A DNA stretch of 64,000 nt from Bigelowiella natans CCMP2755. Taxonomy: Eukaryota > Protista > Cercozoa. The notes beneath the pieces are model-generated. The model saw only the letters and a list, made by a program, of their open reading frames with translations. It was not told the DNA's origin and ran no database searches. Positions 51,370 to 64,000 of this stretch are shown here, in pieces. Where the stretch lies: the NCBI GenBank assembly GCA_000320545.1, contig ADNK01000630.1:1-64000 (forward strand), written 5' to 3'. Both the position numbers and the translations under genes were made by a program. Each line of letters begins with the position of its first letter. Position 1 is the first letter of the stretch.

Positions 51370-52130
51370 TCAGCTTTGCACATTTTCCAATTAATGATGC
51401 CTAGATGCACTGCATGTAGCACAAACATTGTGGGCATGCATGACCCGTACATGAGCTCATTTCTAGAAAACAAAGCCCCCAATCCGCATAGTGTCAGAAT
51501 TTATGAAATCATGCATTCATCATGTTCTAGTCTAGTAGTGTTCAACACCGCACATGCGTGTGCATCTCTGCATGTAGCAGCGCTCGCCATTATTGTTGAC
51601 TATTTGAGTAGTGCGTAGTGTGCATCTCGAGCATTACCTTTCGCATGTATTAATAGACTAGCTAGTAGTGCTAAAGTGTAGCGCAGGCATCGAAAATCTA
51701 GCAATTGATTGCAACTTGCTAGCTTGGAATGAAGTCGTGCACGCTCATTATCACTATAGATTATGCAATGGCCCACTTCAGTCTAGCAGTGGAGGTGATT
51801 TGTGACCGGCTCGCACGGTTTACGATTTTGCCCACATTAGAAATGCACATCAATAATCCTAAAAATCAAACTATTGTATCAGCGCGATTGGGCGCTACAT
51901 GCACTCTAGCACTCACGCTGCGTTGTTCGTCAAAGTGTGGCTCATGCATGGCTTTATTTGCATGAAACTTGCAGTTTCGATCTTGTGACACATGCACAAA
52001 ACTTGCGTCAGAATGGCCATTCTAGCATTGCAAAATTGGTCAATTCGCCATCCGTGATGATTTAAATTCTAGACAAACATGCACAAAACCAAACAAATCT
52101 AGAACTTTGCAACTGAGGTTTACTTAATCT
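51370..52130. other. TG/CA- and CTAG-enriched convergent intergenic island
   Basis: Dense tgca/catg/ctag words; most remaining TA in 51900-52110 are in CTAG. Confidence 0.65.
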
Positions 52131-52145
52131 CGGAGGCCGTCGTCA

Positions 52146-53274
52146 CTATTGTTCCTCTCTTTTGTTGTCATCATCAAGGTATGAGAGCTTCTTCCATAGT
52201 TTTATCTGATTCTCGACATCGACCTTCTTATTATACCTGTAGGTTAGGAGATTATAATACCAAATCAATGCGAGTTCAATCAGTGAAATTACGCCGCACA
52301 GACGCATGATCATCGTCATGATCGGCATACCATCACACCTACTACTTTCTCGCCCGCATAGCAGACAAGAAAACACCAATGATAATGTATAAATGTATAC
52401 CAGAAGTACATGGATAACATCTCCACGAATACCATATCATATGTTTTTATACACTGTTGAATAGATAGTTGTTAGTCGTTGTCGTTGTCGTCGTCGTTGT
52501 CGTCGAGAACGTCAATAAAATTATGTTCACTACAATTTTAAAGGAAAAACTGTGTTGAATGATTATTTCGTACTGGTCTGCCCAGTCATATGCCGTCATT
52601 CCCTCGAAGTCTCTCAATTCAGTGGATGCGCCATACTTGATCAACAACATCACAACCTGAAAAAAGAACAGTCAATCAACCATCATTAAGTAATAAGTGA
52701 CATTAGACAATAATGAAAGCACGTATGCGTAGGATTATTATCAAAATCCTTCGTTCCCTCCTCCTGTTCACTTTCTAGATTGGTCAAGATGTTGTAGCAT
52801 AAACCAGAAGTATACATGGTTACCAACAACTACAACAACAATGTGCCCCCCCCCACATTTTATTGTAGTTATTGTGTTGTTGTCATACTAATGACCAACT
52901 AAGAATGATCGTCGTTGGATGGGTCAGCACAGCTGCTGCTCCTAGCACACATGTGGTAGAATTATTTGCCAACAACAACAACAACAACAACCTCTGCATG
53001 TCCACCCTTAGCTGCCTCCATTAGCGGTGTCCTTCCATTCCAATAGTCTTGATGATCCACACAGGGATTGTTCTCAAGCAGCACCTTAACCACCTACCAA
53101 TGTACCATATAGTGGTAATCATGGAATAAGAACATAACATGTTCCAACTTCACTCAACAAATTCTCAATACTGCGACGCTCATCATTAATATCATCATCG
53201 CCATAATTCATATGCCACTACTTCCACCATTTTCTTCTACTTTTGTCCATATTCATAAAATCTGCAATCATCCC

Positions 53275-53324
<50 letters not shown>

Positions 53325-54656
53325 GCTACTCTTCTTCTTCCTCCTTCTCCTCCTTCTCAAAGCCACTTGTACGTAGTACCTCAATATGGCCTCTTGCAGC
53401 AGCTTCTTGCAACCCTGTACGCCCTTTGCCACGGCCAGGTTCAATCTAAGAAGAGGGGGCGAGGAGGAGGAGGAGGAGGGATTACAACGATAAACAATGC
53501 GTAGCAGTAAGTAGTCGTAGTAGTGGCAGCAGTAGCAGCAGCAGTTGAAGAAGCGGCATCACCATCATCATCATCATCATCATCATCACCATCATCATCT
53601 GTAGCTACTACTACTACTACTACTACTACTACTGCTGCGTATTACTACTACCTCATCATCTAGCTGCTCGATATCGATTCCATAGTTAATCGCAGCCCTA
53701 GGTAGGTAGGTAGGTAGGTAGGTAGGTAGGTAGGTAGTAGGTGTGCGATGATGATAGCGTTTATCAGCAGTGAAGACCACATGAAATGCTTAGTACGTGT
53801 GTGATGATAACATTCATCCAGTTGTCAAGACTACATGCAATCCTTTTCAACATATCATATGCTATTTCCCCCTTTGCACTACCACCACCCTCCCCCCTCC
53901 TTGTTGTTCTCAGTTTTTGTTAATCATTGTTCTACTACCGGACGAATGCAACGTCTCCCATCCTACAGGACGTCATCCACCCTTTCCAATACTCTAATCC
54001 TACATCCTTGCTTGAGTCCCAAACCGACACAACTACAGCTTTGCGGCCCCGATTTCTTTTTGTGAGAAGGAAGTGTTGTTGTTGCTGCTGCTGGTGGTGG
54101 CGCGGACGATGATGGTAATGGCATGCGGAGGTGTGGGCCAAGGGCGAGTAGGAGTGTAGTAGTATCCTGGGAGAACATATATCACCTTTATGCTCATTGG
54201 GAAATCAATTTAATGGAGACTGTGTTTGTTACAGCCTGGATTATCCTTATCATCATCACCACCATCAACACCACGTGTATGATATTTCTTCATAGTTGAC
54301 AAGAAGATGGCAACACACCTTTGCGGTAGCTCTTGTGTCGTGGGAGAACCTCTGTGGCGAAGAAGACGATCATCTGTATCATGGAAGCTTCTACTACCGC
54401 TATAGCTGTGTTGTCTATATCTGGTTCTAGAGAGAGAATGGAGACTCGGCAGGTGGACAATCCGTTTGCCGTGTGCCTTGGGTGGAAATTAGAGAAAGAG
54501 GAGGTGAGAGGAAGAAACAACAACAAAATAAAATGAATAAGCAAAACTTTTGCTCGAGTTACCACATGAAATAGTTATTTTGAGTGTAAGGAGAATACGC
54601 ACCTTGATGTATGGCATTAGGATTAGAGATGCGAGGAAGTAGAAGACACGCCTCAT
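52146..54656 (-). CDS. Ankyrin-repeat protein with putative bipartite (signal plus transit) targeting presequence
   Basis: GRTGLQEAAARGHIE|VVKVLLE...GRTPLMEAAKGGHAE|VVMLLIKYGA...GMTAYDWA. The inferred N-terminus MRRVFYFLASLILMPYIK|AHG is followed by an Arg/Ser/His-rich region. Confidence 0.8.
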
Positions 54657-55408
54657 ATCTATACTCCCAATTTACAACAACTAGGCTGAAAATTCCGAGC
54701 TTTTTTCAAGCAAGCCGAGCAGTATTCATTGTCTCGCTCCTTACGCTGGATTTAGTTTGTGCTGGAATTGGTTTGTGCGTTCGATTGTATCAGGTCAAGT
54801 TGGTTTTGTCACATGCAATGCAATTTCCCCAATCATGTAATCAACCAATTACTCAACATTTTAACACAGTACGTATTCCGTATTTAGCGCATTCTCATAT
54901 CATCAAAATGCGCACTGTTTTCTTAGAAGCATTAATAATAGTAATAGGCTTGGAGTAGGCAAGTTCGTTGTTGCACGCACAGCAGGAATCTCTCCTCCCC
55001 TCTCTGTCTCTCTCGTTCCGAACAGATGTTACCCACGAACTGTACGAACCAGCTTATGAGCTCTCTCTCGGCTATTCGTTTGTCGGATAAAGCTGGAAAA
55101 GTACGTATCTTACCTTGTCGCAGGCGTAAATTGCATTACATTCTAATCTTCAAGGGCACAAACGACTGGAAGATATCCTGGTGTTTGAACATTAGATGCA
55201 TGTGGAAATCGTCCTGCGACATGGACCAAAGGATGTCTTTCCCTCCCATAGGGGTGGGGTAATAAACGACGCTCTGCTTCCTCGGCGGGAGGAGAAGAGG
55301 TAACACATTCCATGATGCAGGATTGAAGGAGCCGAGGAAGCAATCAGTCCGTCATTCACATTTCCAATCTCCACATTTCCCCACAGCATCCCTCCTAACT
55401 TCGTGCCT

Positions 55409-57085
55409 ATGATGAAGTATGCCGAGGTTGATACGCAGGATGGAACTGGCTTGGAATTGAAGCGGATTGATGTTGAAATCGGGGGTGGTGATCTCACTGC
55501 TAACGAGGAGCTCCAAGTAGAACAAGACACAGCTGCAGGCAAAATATCATGGTTTTCCCCCTTTCTTTTCAAGGGATACAGGCTTCTCTGGACAACGAAT
55601 GTAGCTGAATTCACGGGTAGGACATTATCAGAGATATCCATTCTTGTTTGGCTCTACGAGGCGACAGGTGATGCCCTTGCTCTTGGATGGCTGGGTATTA
55701 TCACTCTGTGTGTACAGGTACCCTCAATCCCTATCGGAGGGGTACTAGCTGATGAAGTTGACCGACGAGTCCTCATATCAACGATGCAAGCTGCAGCCTG
55801 TGCCACATCAACGATTCTCGGTGCTCTATGCTACTTTGGTGACCTAAGGATTCCTATGGCATACTTGGCAGTGGGGGTGCTGCAACTGACATCACAGCTC
55901 GAGAACTCTGCGCGGGGAGCTCTAACAGCCTCGGTAGTAAGCGATGACGTATTGCCAAGGGCTGTCTCTACAAATGTAGTGACCGATAGTTTGGGAGAGG
56001 TACTAGCGCCTATTCTTTTCTTTGCTGTAGCTGGAACGACAGATCATGCATCAGAGCATTCTCTCGCAATTGCCTTCTTCATCGCCTCACTTTCATATGC
56101 TATCGCTGCGGTTATGCCATTGATGATACAACTAGATGTTGAAGCAAGAGCATCAAATCCAGGTTTAAACTTGGCAGGGGATGGTGGTGGCGAAGACGGG
56201 AATAGTAGCGAATCCAACGGCGAAGGAAATGAAAAGTTAGGCGAGGATAATGAAGCTGTATCAAATCTTGATGAGAAGAAAACCGAGAACGACTCCTCTG
56301 ACATTCAAAATAAGGGCGAGAATGGAAATTCGTCGGATGATAATGTCGATAACAATAATAGCAACTCCTCTCTCATGACGGTGTTAGCTAGGCGGTATTC
56401 TTCCCTGATAGAGGGATTCCGGTACATCATGGGGCATCCATTGCTGCCAGGACTTTATGCACTGGATTGGGGTATGACGTTGGTATCATTCTACCGGGAA
56501 TTGTTCCCCTTATTCGTTGCTGAACTATTCACTGAGGGACGCGAGTCGCTTGGACTCTCAGAGCGGGGCGCTGTTGCCCTTCTCACAAGCATCAACTTTC
56601 TTGGAGGTGTGGTAGGAGGATTGATAACCTTCAAGGCCCAGGACTGTGACGATCACTATGGGCGCCAGGTAGTGATAGCGACACTTGCTTATGCTGCTGG
56701 ATGTGTTCTTTTCGGCGCTACTCGTTACTTCTTGGTTGGGGCTCTAGCAGTGTTTTGGTGTGGGGCATGTGACGCGGTGGGAGCGACAATGCGCAACATC
56801 GTCGTTATGCTCACAACACCTGACTCAATGCGAGGAAGAGCACGATCGGGTCACTCTCTCGCTGCGAACGTGGCAAATTCATTAGGGCAGCTTTATGTCG
56901 CCGCGATGTCAACTGTTATCGGCCCAGGATTCACAATGATCCTTGGTGGTGTATTGACAGTGGTTGCAGTTTTTTGCTCAGTGGCTAGGATTCCGGAGTT
57001 ACTAGCTCATCATGGAAAGAGTAGCAATAGTAATAACGAGAGACACGAAGACGATGAATTAATTGCTGATGTCAGCGATGAATAA
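55409..57085 (+). CDS. Major facilitator superfamily transporter (EntS/H+ antiporter-like), intronless
   Basis: A long uninterrupted ORF with about 12 hydrophobic helices, MFS motif A-like GGVLADEVDRRVL, YRLLW near the N-terminus, EGFRYI in the linker, and TPDSMRGR near the C-terminus. Confidence 0.9.
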   Translation: MMKYAEVDTQDGTGLELKRIDVEIGGGDLTANEELQVEQDTAAGKISWFSPFLFKGYRLLWTTNVAEFTGRTLSEISILVWLYEATGDALALGWLGIITLCVQVPSIPIGGVLADEVDRRVLISTMQAAACATSTILGALCYFGDLRIPMAYLAVGVLQLTSQLENSARGALTASVVSDDVLPRAVSTNVVTDSLGEVLAPILFFAVAGTTDHASEHSLAIAFFIASLSYAIAAVMPLMIQLDVEARASNPGLNLAGDGGGEDGNSSESNGEGNEKLGEDNEAVSNLDEKKTENDSSDIQNKGENGNSSDDNVDNNNSNSSLMTVLARRYSSLIEGFRYIMGHPLLPGLYALDWGMTLVSFYRELFPLFVAELFTEGRESLGLSERGAVALLTSINFLGGVVGGLITFKAQDCDDHYGRQVVIATLAYAAGCVLFGATRYFLVGALAVFWCGACDAVGATMRNIVVMLTTPDSMRGRARSGHSLAANVANSLGQLYVAAMSTVIGPGFTMILGGVLTVVAVFCSVARIPELLAHHGKSSNSNNERHEDDELIADVSDE

Positions 57086-57736
57086 ACTCAATATGGATAT
57101 GGCCTAGCTTGCCACATTATCCACCTCGTAGTGTACTTACGCGTCTACTAATTAAGAAAGGACAACACATATGTAGCATGCGAATTTCGTGACGCATTAA
57201 TTAATACACGCTCTGTGCGATCTCACCCCTTAACTACTATGCTATGGGAGCATATATAGTACTTGTTACGAAGCTATACACTCTATCTCGATCTTAATAA
57301 AAGCATGCGAGCCATTTGCATTGCATTTATGCGTATGACAATATGCATATAACAATTGTTATATATAAAGTATAGAGCAGATATACAAGTGAAACGTGGT
57401 AACCTTATGTGACAATGATACTCTTATAGTTTCCATACTTTTATTTGCAATACCTCGCTGCAGGCATGCACGTACGTACGCTTGAATTCAACAGTTTGTT
57501 GGGCATGCGATGTATAGGTGTTAGATTCCTATTCGTCGTCTATTAGGGAACATTACTCGTAGTGCAACATCGACCATATCACATTTGTTGTCGCCCAGGT
57601 ACGCATGTAGATCACGTAAATGGGGAAATTTATCATCGCATCACGGATAAGCGACGTGTAACATGCAGATCCAATCTCCCTTTCCTGTACATGCATTGTT
57701 ATGTTTCCTAGACTTGTTGAATGGCATGCACGATAC

Positions 57737-60700
57737 TCAGGCATCTTGAGAGAATAGATGCGACAATAAGTTTCTTGTGCTGACTTTAGCACGTGATTGT
57801 AATCGAGGTGTTGGTATGAGAACGCTGTCATCGCTGTCGCTATCCTCGTCTTTTGAAATACTTTGACCCAAGCTCAACCTCAACTTTGGGCCGAGAGATG
57901 AAAATGCATCATCTGAAATATTTTTGGACGTCTTGCCCACTTTGTCACCATTATTTGGATCAAGGTTTTTGTTCTGCTTTGTGTCCGTAGCGATGCTCTT
58001 GCGGCTCGTGAAATTGCCATTCTTATCTTTTAGGCAATTTCGTGCCTGGTTCGACACCAGGTTTGGGACGAGAGATGTGCACGATTCTTCGGAAGTAGTA
58101 TTTTTGGACTTGTCGCCCGCTTTCTCCTCCACACGCAACACCGTGCGCAGACACTTTTCATCCGTAGCAGTGCGCCCTTCTACAGAGCTTTTGGAATGGA
58201 AATGATTTTCTTCATTCGAGGTGAGGAACTCTATTGTAACGACATCAGATGTCATATGCACGAGCCGTAAAATCTCAGTAAAAGCTTTAAGCTCAAAAAC
58301 TGGTTCGTCGTCTATTTTCAGGACTTTCCACCCCAACCTAATTCCGCATTCCTGCCCCTTTGGAGTCACCGAGTCAACCACACAGTTTTCATCGACAGAA
58401 CATGTAGGCTCATCGCACGGAAGAGAAACTTTGATTCTGTTCGTGGCATGTTCCATCACAGTCTCGCACTGCTGATCAGGAGCACAGCACCCGCAAAAGC
58501 AGCAGGCACAGAACGGGAAAACGATAACGAATTCTAGTAATGAGAGAGCAAAGATCCTGACGAGGATGTCCTCAGGAATGCAGATGAGAAGCGCAAGCGC
58601 CGACTTCGTGGATGTGGCTCCTAATCGATACGAAAGGATAGCAAGGAGGAAGCAACACCCGAGAATTATCGTCCCAGAGATCCAGATGGCGACGTAATCA
58701 GTTGCAATCCAATCATAATGCTTGGGCGTCGTCGTTACAACTTGAGCATCAGAACGGTTGCTACCAACACTGAGCCTACGATGAGACTCCTTGCTGCTAT
58801 CGGCTTCGCAATTACTGTAATGAATCGGATGACTCGGCACAGATTTCTTCCTATCGGCATCGCATTTACTGGAATGAATCGCGTGGCTCGACATAGATTT
58901 CATGTGCAGTGAGAGGCTTCTTCTCCGTGGAACGCGTGCAGAGACGCCATCCATCCACGCTTCTTGTCGTCCTTTTTGAGAGTAGTCATCATCCTCATCA
59001 CCTCTTCCACTTTTATCATCAACCTGGCTCGATCTTCGCAGTAGTGCGACGGTACTGCCAACGAAGGACCCGATTTGTGCTCCGATCGCAGCAGCTGCTG
59101 CAGACATTTTATGACTCTGCTTCTCATCGTCATCGTCATCTTGTTCACTGTCTTCCTGGCCCGCTTCCCCTCCCCCGGTATTCTCGCCTATTATGCCAAG
59201 TAAAACATCATTTTCATAAGCACCTTCATCAGTCATTATTGTTGTCACTGTTGTAGTTTTTGCTGATCAAGATTTAGCATGTGTTTTTCTCTCCCTTCAT
59301 TCCCCCACCTCTCTCGTTCTTTATGTGTCGTGTATTTGCATGAGTACTGATTTGTGCTGATTTGTACATCGAAAGTGTAGCTAGCATATACTACGAGTAG
59401 ACGACGCAGCGGATACTACCTGCTGCTGCTTCCTTGCTCATATTTGTCACATCCCACTCCACATCGTCAGCAATGATAAGTAGACAAGGGAGGAAGGCAA
59501 TCAAACCGGAGCTTTTGAACTCGGTTCGGAACTCTGGTGGCAGTTGCCGTGCAAAGAGGTGCGCAAGAGCGAAAGGTACAGGGAAGGCTAACATCACGCT
59601 CATCAGCGAGGCCGCGACCATTCCAGATAGGTAAAAGATCTGCTGCTCAGTACCGATCAGGAGCAGGCAAACAGTGGCGGTGTTGAATAGTAGGGTTGAC
59701 AGAACGATTACACGCTTTTGCGAGTTCATGTAGTCTCCGGGGTGCCTGCAAAATACAGCTATCCACGGATGGCGGCGGCGCATCATCCACGTTGTTCCAA
59801 ACAAGAAGTTGGGGAAAGACCTCTCGTTGTTCGCGTGTATCTTTCTCACTGAGTTGAAAGAACGCCAAAACTGCTTTTCATTTCTATGCTCAAGGCTATC
59901 GTCGCCTCTGTTCTTGCGGTCATAGCACCGAGCTATTGGAAGGGAAACCAACGTCACGAAGAGGAAGATTAGGTTGAGCGCCATCACCGCGTTGGTCGAG
60001 GGATCAAATGACTTGGTGTTGGTGGTGTCATCCTCTGACACAGAATTGACCTCGACATCAACATTGTCTCCCCCTTCTGTATTTGTACTACTCGAAAACG
60101 CGGTGAGATGAGAAGTGTTACACCACGCCTGACGACGCCCGTTGTTGCTGCTACAAAGCGAAGCAACCAACCCATTGTCACTCTCCCATCTCTCATGCTG
60201 CGGCGACCAATACAGGCATCTACAAGATGCGACCCCATCGTTGCTAACGTTGCTACGAGGGGGGGAACCGGGGGGGACGGAGAATCGGATGGGAGACGAC
60301 AGATTTTGCACTATTACGCCGACTAAAGTTTTTGCTTGTTTTACCTAATAATAAGGGAATGATGTATCACTGAGTGGTAAGGTTTAGAGCTTAATTCTAC
60401 CGGAAATAACACGAATATCTTCTTTTCGCTGCTTAGACAACTCATGGCACTACCTTGATAATGGTTAATCCCCCAGAAGAAGTCATGTTGGTAGAGCTGC
60501 TGCTGTTCCTGTTGGAGGCAGGATAAATAGAGCTACCAGCAACTACAACAGAACTAATCTGTAGATAATCTTCAGACTTGATTTCAATGCTACTGCTGCC
60601 ACCTTGTGGTAGTGGTGGCACGTATACCTCGAAAGAATCGAATGCACTTCCTGCTGATATCTGCAGTTTTGTTGAAGAAGATTCCTCAACAGTTTGGCCG

Positions 60701-63700
60701 ACTAAATTGAAGGAAATTGACGATTCCGACTGCGAGGTAGTAGCACCTTTTTGGTACGTACAGATAGTGAATGCTCGTTAGGACAATCTTCTCTCTCATG
60801 TCTTTACATTTCTTAATCAGCAAAAATCAATTGAGGCAACAAAACGGCAGAACTGAGCCAAAGATGCTTGAAAATCATAACAAGTAATCATACATATTAA
60901 ACAGGTCAATAGATGTAATGCGGGCTGTTACCATCGCCGCTGCTGCTGATTCCTCTTTCAACCGACAACAACGTGGTTCTTTCTCCTGGTAGTGATCCAG
61001 AAACTAGCAGTGACGACAGGTTAGACAACACCTCCACGACTTTCGCCGCATCTGAGCTGCTTAGCTTAGATTTTGTCTGGTGTAGAGCATTGGTGGTACT
61101 ACTGCTACTACTACTACTACTACTACTATCGTTAGCAGTTGAAGCTGCTGCTGCTGATACCAAGTTTGCCATTGCCCTAGCGGCAGCTGTCACCGTGTTC
61201 GTTCTTTCTTCCCTGTCATGGGGACCATCACGACTGCTACTGCTGCTATTAGTGAGCATGATCGTTTTCGAAGTCGTGGACTTCGTGATGTTGACGAGCA
61301 GGTCTATTGCTAAGCGCTCCGCTCTCTTGCTAATCTCTCCTGATTGGCTGAAATCGGTGGCATCTTGGATCAGTGTCGCTTGTGCTTCGTCGCGAATAGA
61401 GGGACTGTTTTGATTCCAGTCATCTGCAAGCAACTGAAGCAAATCTCCACGCACAGCTGCGTTGGCTGTGACGTTGTTCGAAGAGGACGCAGATGGCAAG
61501 GAGGCATCACTTTTAAGGTAGCGGGAGAGGCCTACGAATTGGACTTTGAAACTCTCTACATTTCCCGCTTTCAAAAGGTCCTCTAGTTGTGTCTTGGTGT
61601 CTGACACTTGAAGAGATTGAGGGGCTGTGACGTTCACACTGAAGGTGCTGATGGCCGTCGCATCGAGGTTGTCAGCGATGGTTGCCCGTATTGAAAGACC
61701 AGTGCTGGGAGGAATAGGCGCAACGAGAGTCGTGTCAAAGAAGCTGAGTTGACGGAACTCGCACAAAGTGATGATAGTCGGAGAGCTTGAAGTAGAATAG
61801 GAAGAAGAGTTAGAAGACGATGACGATCCTGACTTTGTTTCTGCTGTTTCTATGATTTGGAATCGGTAGCGGAGGGGAATGTCAGCATCATTCCAACCTG
61901 AGCAGGACAGCCGAAACACGGTACTCAAGGCCTCACCCTTCTCTGGGAAAGACGCACAAGACCCAAGAGCGGGGGATTCATTCGTAACGACAGTCAAGCT
62001 GGCATTCCCATATGTACCAGTTGCAGTGGCTAAACAACTGAGCGTGAACGTATACGTAGTTGCAGGTTTCAGAGCGTTCGCTGCTAGAACAAGAAACGAG
62101 TTGGTTAACGACGATGATTTCACAACCTGCGAATTTGAGAGATTTAGATTGCTGCTGCTGCAGCTCCACTGAAATTCGTAGCGAGCATTGAGAGCAGGCT
62201 GAGACTCGAAAGAATTTGTAGAGGAGTTGGATGCAAACCCCTCAAAGACCAACCGTCCTGTCGGATTGACACGATTCAGGTTTGAGGCAGCAGCGGTGTC
62301 CAGATAAGAAGTATAAATGCTAGATTCAGAGGTATGCATCTTGATGAAAACGTTAGGCACAGCAGCAGCCGTAGTGATCAATATCTGCTGTGCAACTGCA
62401 GAAAACTGGGATCCGATGCGAGAAACATTAGCAGCAACGACGTAAGTATTTGCGGTTGTTAGAAGCGACGTTGGGATGATTAACGTTTGTGAAGAAGATG
62501 AAGACGATGACCGTTCCATGACACTCTGACCGTTATATGCATTTGTTACATTCCAATCCACCTGGATTGAATCTGAGCTGCTCTTGCCCGACACTGCTAC
62601 TGAGATTGTTATGTTTGTGAGTGAGCCGTGGAGCGAGAGCAATCTCTTCGTTCCCCCCACAATGGCTGCCGAGAGATCGTCTCTAGCGCTAGTAACGTTC
62701 AAGGTCACGAATGACCTTCCCAAAATGACGCCTGTGCTTGTTGCAATTGATGCGTTTAGTCTAAAGGCATACTGCTGCTCGGGGACCATCACGTTCGGCA
62801 TGATTCGCAGCAATGTTGATTGCGTGTCTGGTACTAGTGACGCCGTTTGGATAGGGGGGGGGGAGATCTGCGTCCATCTGCCTGCAGTGATGAAACCACT
62901 TCCAGCACTTGTTGTCGTTTCTTCCGAGCAGGAGGGCACTACCTGCGCTGGGAAATAGAGGCCGCGAGAGGCAAACACCTTGATTTGTGTAGGTCCTGGC
63001 AACACAATATTTGGAAGCACAGAGGATGTCGCCTCGAAGCTGTGTACTGCGTATGATGAATTCCCTAGCCAATTCTTCACATTCACTTGGAAACTATAAA
63101 CGGCCCCCGCGGAGAAATTGCTCGTCTGACTAGCGTCGAGGGTTAACGTGCTGGCAGAGCAGCTTTCAGCTTTTGCCTGTAGTTTTTCTTCAAGTGCCAT
63201 CCCACCAGCATTCCCAGGTGTTGGTTTCGCACCGAGATATGTCCAATTGTACTGCATCGCCTTACCCGCGAAACCTTCCGCTATTGCAACCAGCTCTACA
63301 ACGGGAGAAGAAGCGGAAGATGGAGACGATGGCGACGACGATGACTGCGATTCAGAACAAGTAAGAACAAAGCAAAAACACGTTTATTGTTTATGAGTTG
63401 AATATTGGAATCAATATAGTAGCTACGGATCTTCTCAGGTGGCAAGGACTTGCCCTCAAACCTTTAGTGTTGGTGAAATACCGATGGAATGTTCTCCGCA
63501 TCAAAATATAATTCCCTCATAGAGCAACACCTCTGTTTGATCGAACTCGCTTCCTCCCCCCTTTTCCTCCCAACAACAATTGACTTACATTGGAGCATTG
63601 GCCGACTTCGGCAGGGCCTTTAATCTGAACAGAGACTGATGGAAGAACTTGAGGCAGCTGGAGATACAACGCCGTCGTAGGGAAAGTGCCTTTAGATGAG

Positions 63701-64000
63701 CGACTACTCACAAGATCGCTCTCTAATGCAACAGCTTCCTCTTTTAATATAATTTCAGTACCCTCCTCAGCGTTAAAACCAAGCCCGAGGAAGATTTGTA
63801 GCATCTTCGATGTTGACCAGACACAACTATAGTCCTTACCTAGTAGTGTGGATAGGTCTTCCTCGGCCATGTCGAGCATGGATTTACCTTTATTAGACAA
63901 CGTATGATTATCAATAGTGGGAATGTTGTGACTGCAAGTATTGCCTGTCTACAACATGATTCGTCAAAACAACACTCCTCCCGATTTTAATCGTGCACTT
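57737..64000 (-). CDS. Polycystin-1/REJ-like receptor: REJ domain, GAIN/GPS, about 5 TM, PDZ-like tail (5' end outside the window)
   Basis: REJ features: VNVKNWLGNSS, FQWSC, NALKPATTYTFTL, NESPALGSC..P..GEALSTVF.LSCSGWND..PLRYRF. GPS: CLYW...W...CNTSHLTAF. PKD1-type HPWIAVF...R segment. PDZ-like VVDSV...GIRLGWKVLKIDDEPV. Confidence 0.85.

Overview
Gene-dense, intron-rich eukaryotic nuclear DNA from an alga or protist. Microsatellite-laden introns and a candidate bipartite signal+transit peptide are compatible with a chlorarachniophyte-like organism, but this is not provable from the window. By hand-splicing exons I recover 16 protein-coding genes in almost perfectly alternating orientation: an unknown partial gene, RPP21, a DDA1-like+SAP protein, a GT7 glycosyltransferase, SPEF1, a GPR180/TMEM145-like 7TM protein, a soluble adenylyl cyclase-STAND protein, RMD1/DUF155, a voltage-sensor/bestrophin fusion, a globin, a PAXX/XRCC4-like protein, a DOT1-like methyltransferase, a KIX protein, an ankyrin protein, an intronless MFS transporter and a REJ-GPS polycystin-like protein with a PDZ-like tail. 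Two things stand out. (1) A spliced minus-strand gene (36279-41135), invisible in the ORF track, fuses a complete S1-S4 voltage-sensor domain to a bestrophin channel whose acidic Ca2+-clasp is lost. (2) Intergenic islands in which TpA has been nearly erased by TA->TG/CA transitions while CpG is retained and CTAG survives, suggesting a RIP-like, TpA-directed mutational process. All gene models and dinucleotide counts were made by eye, so boundaries are approximate.
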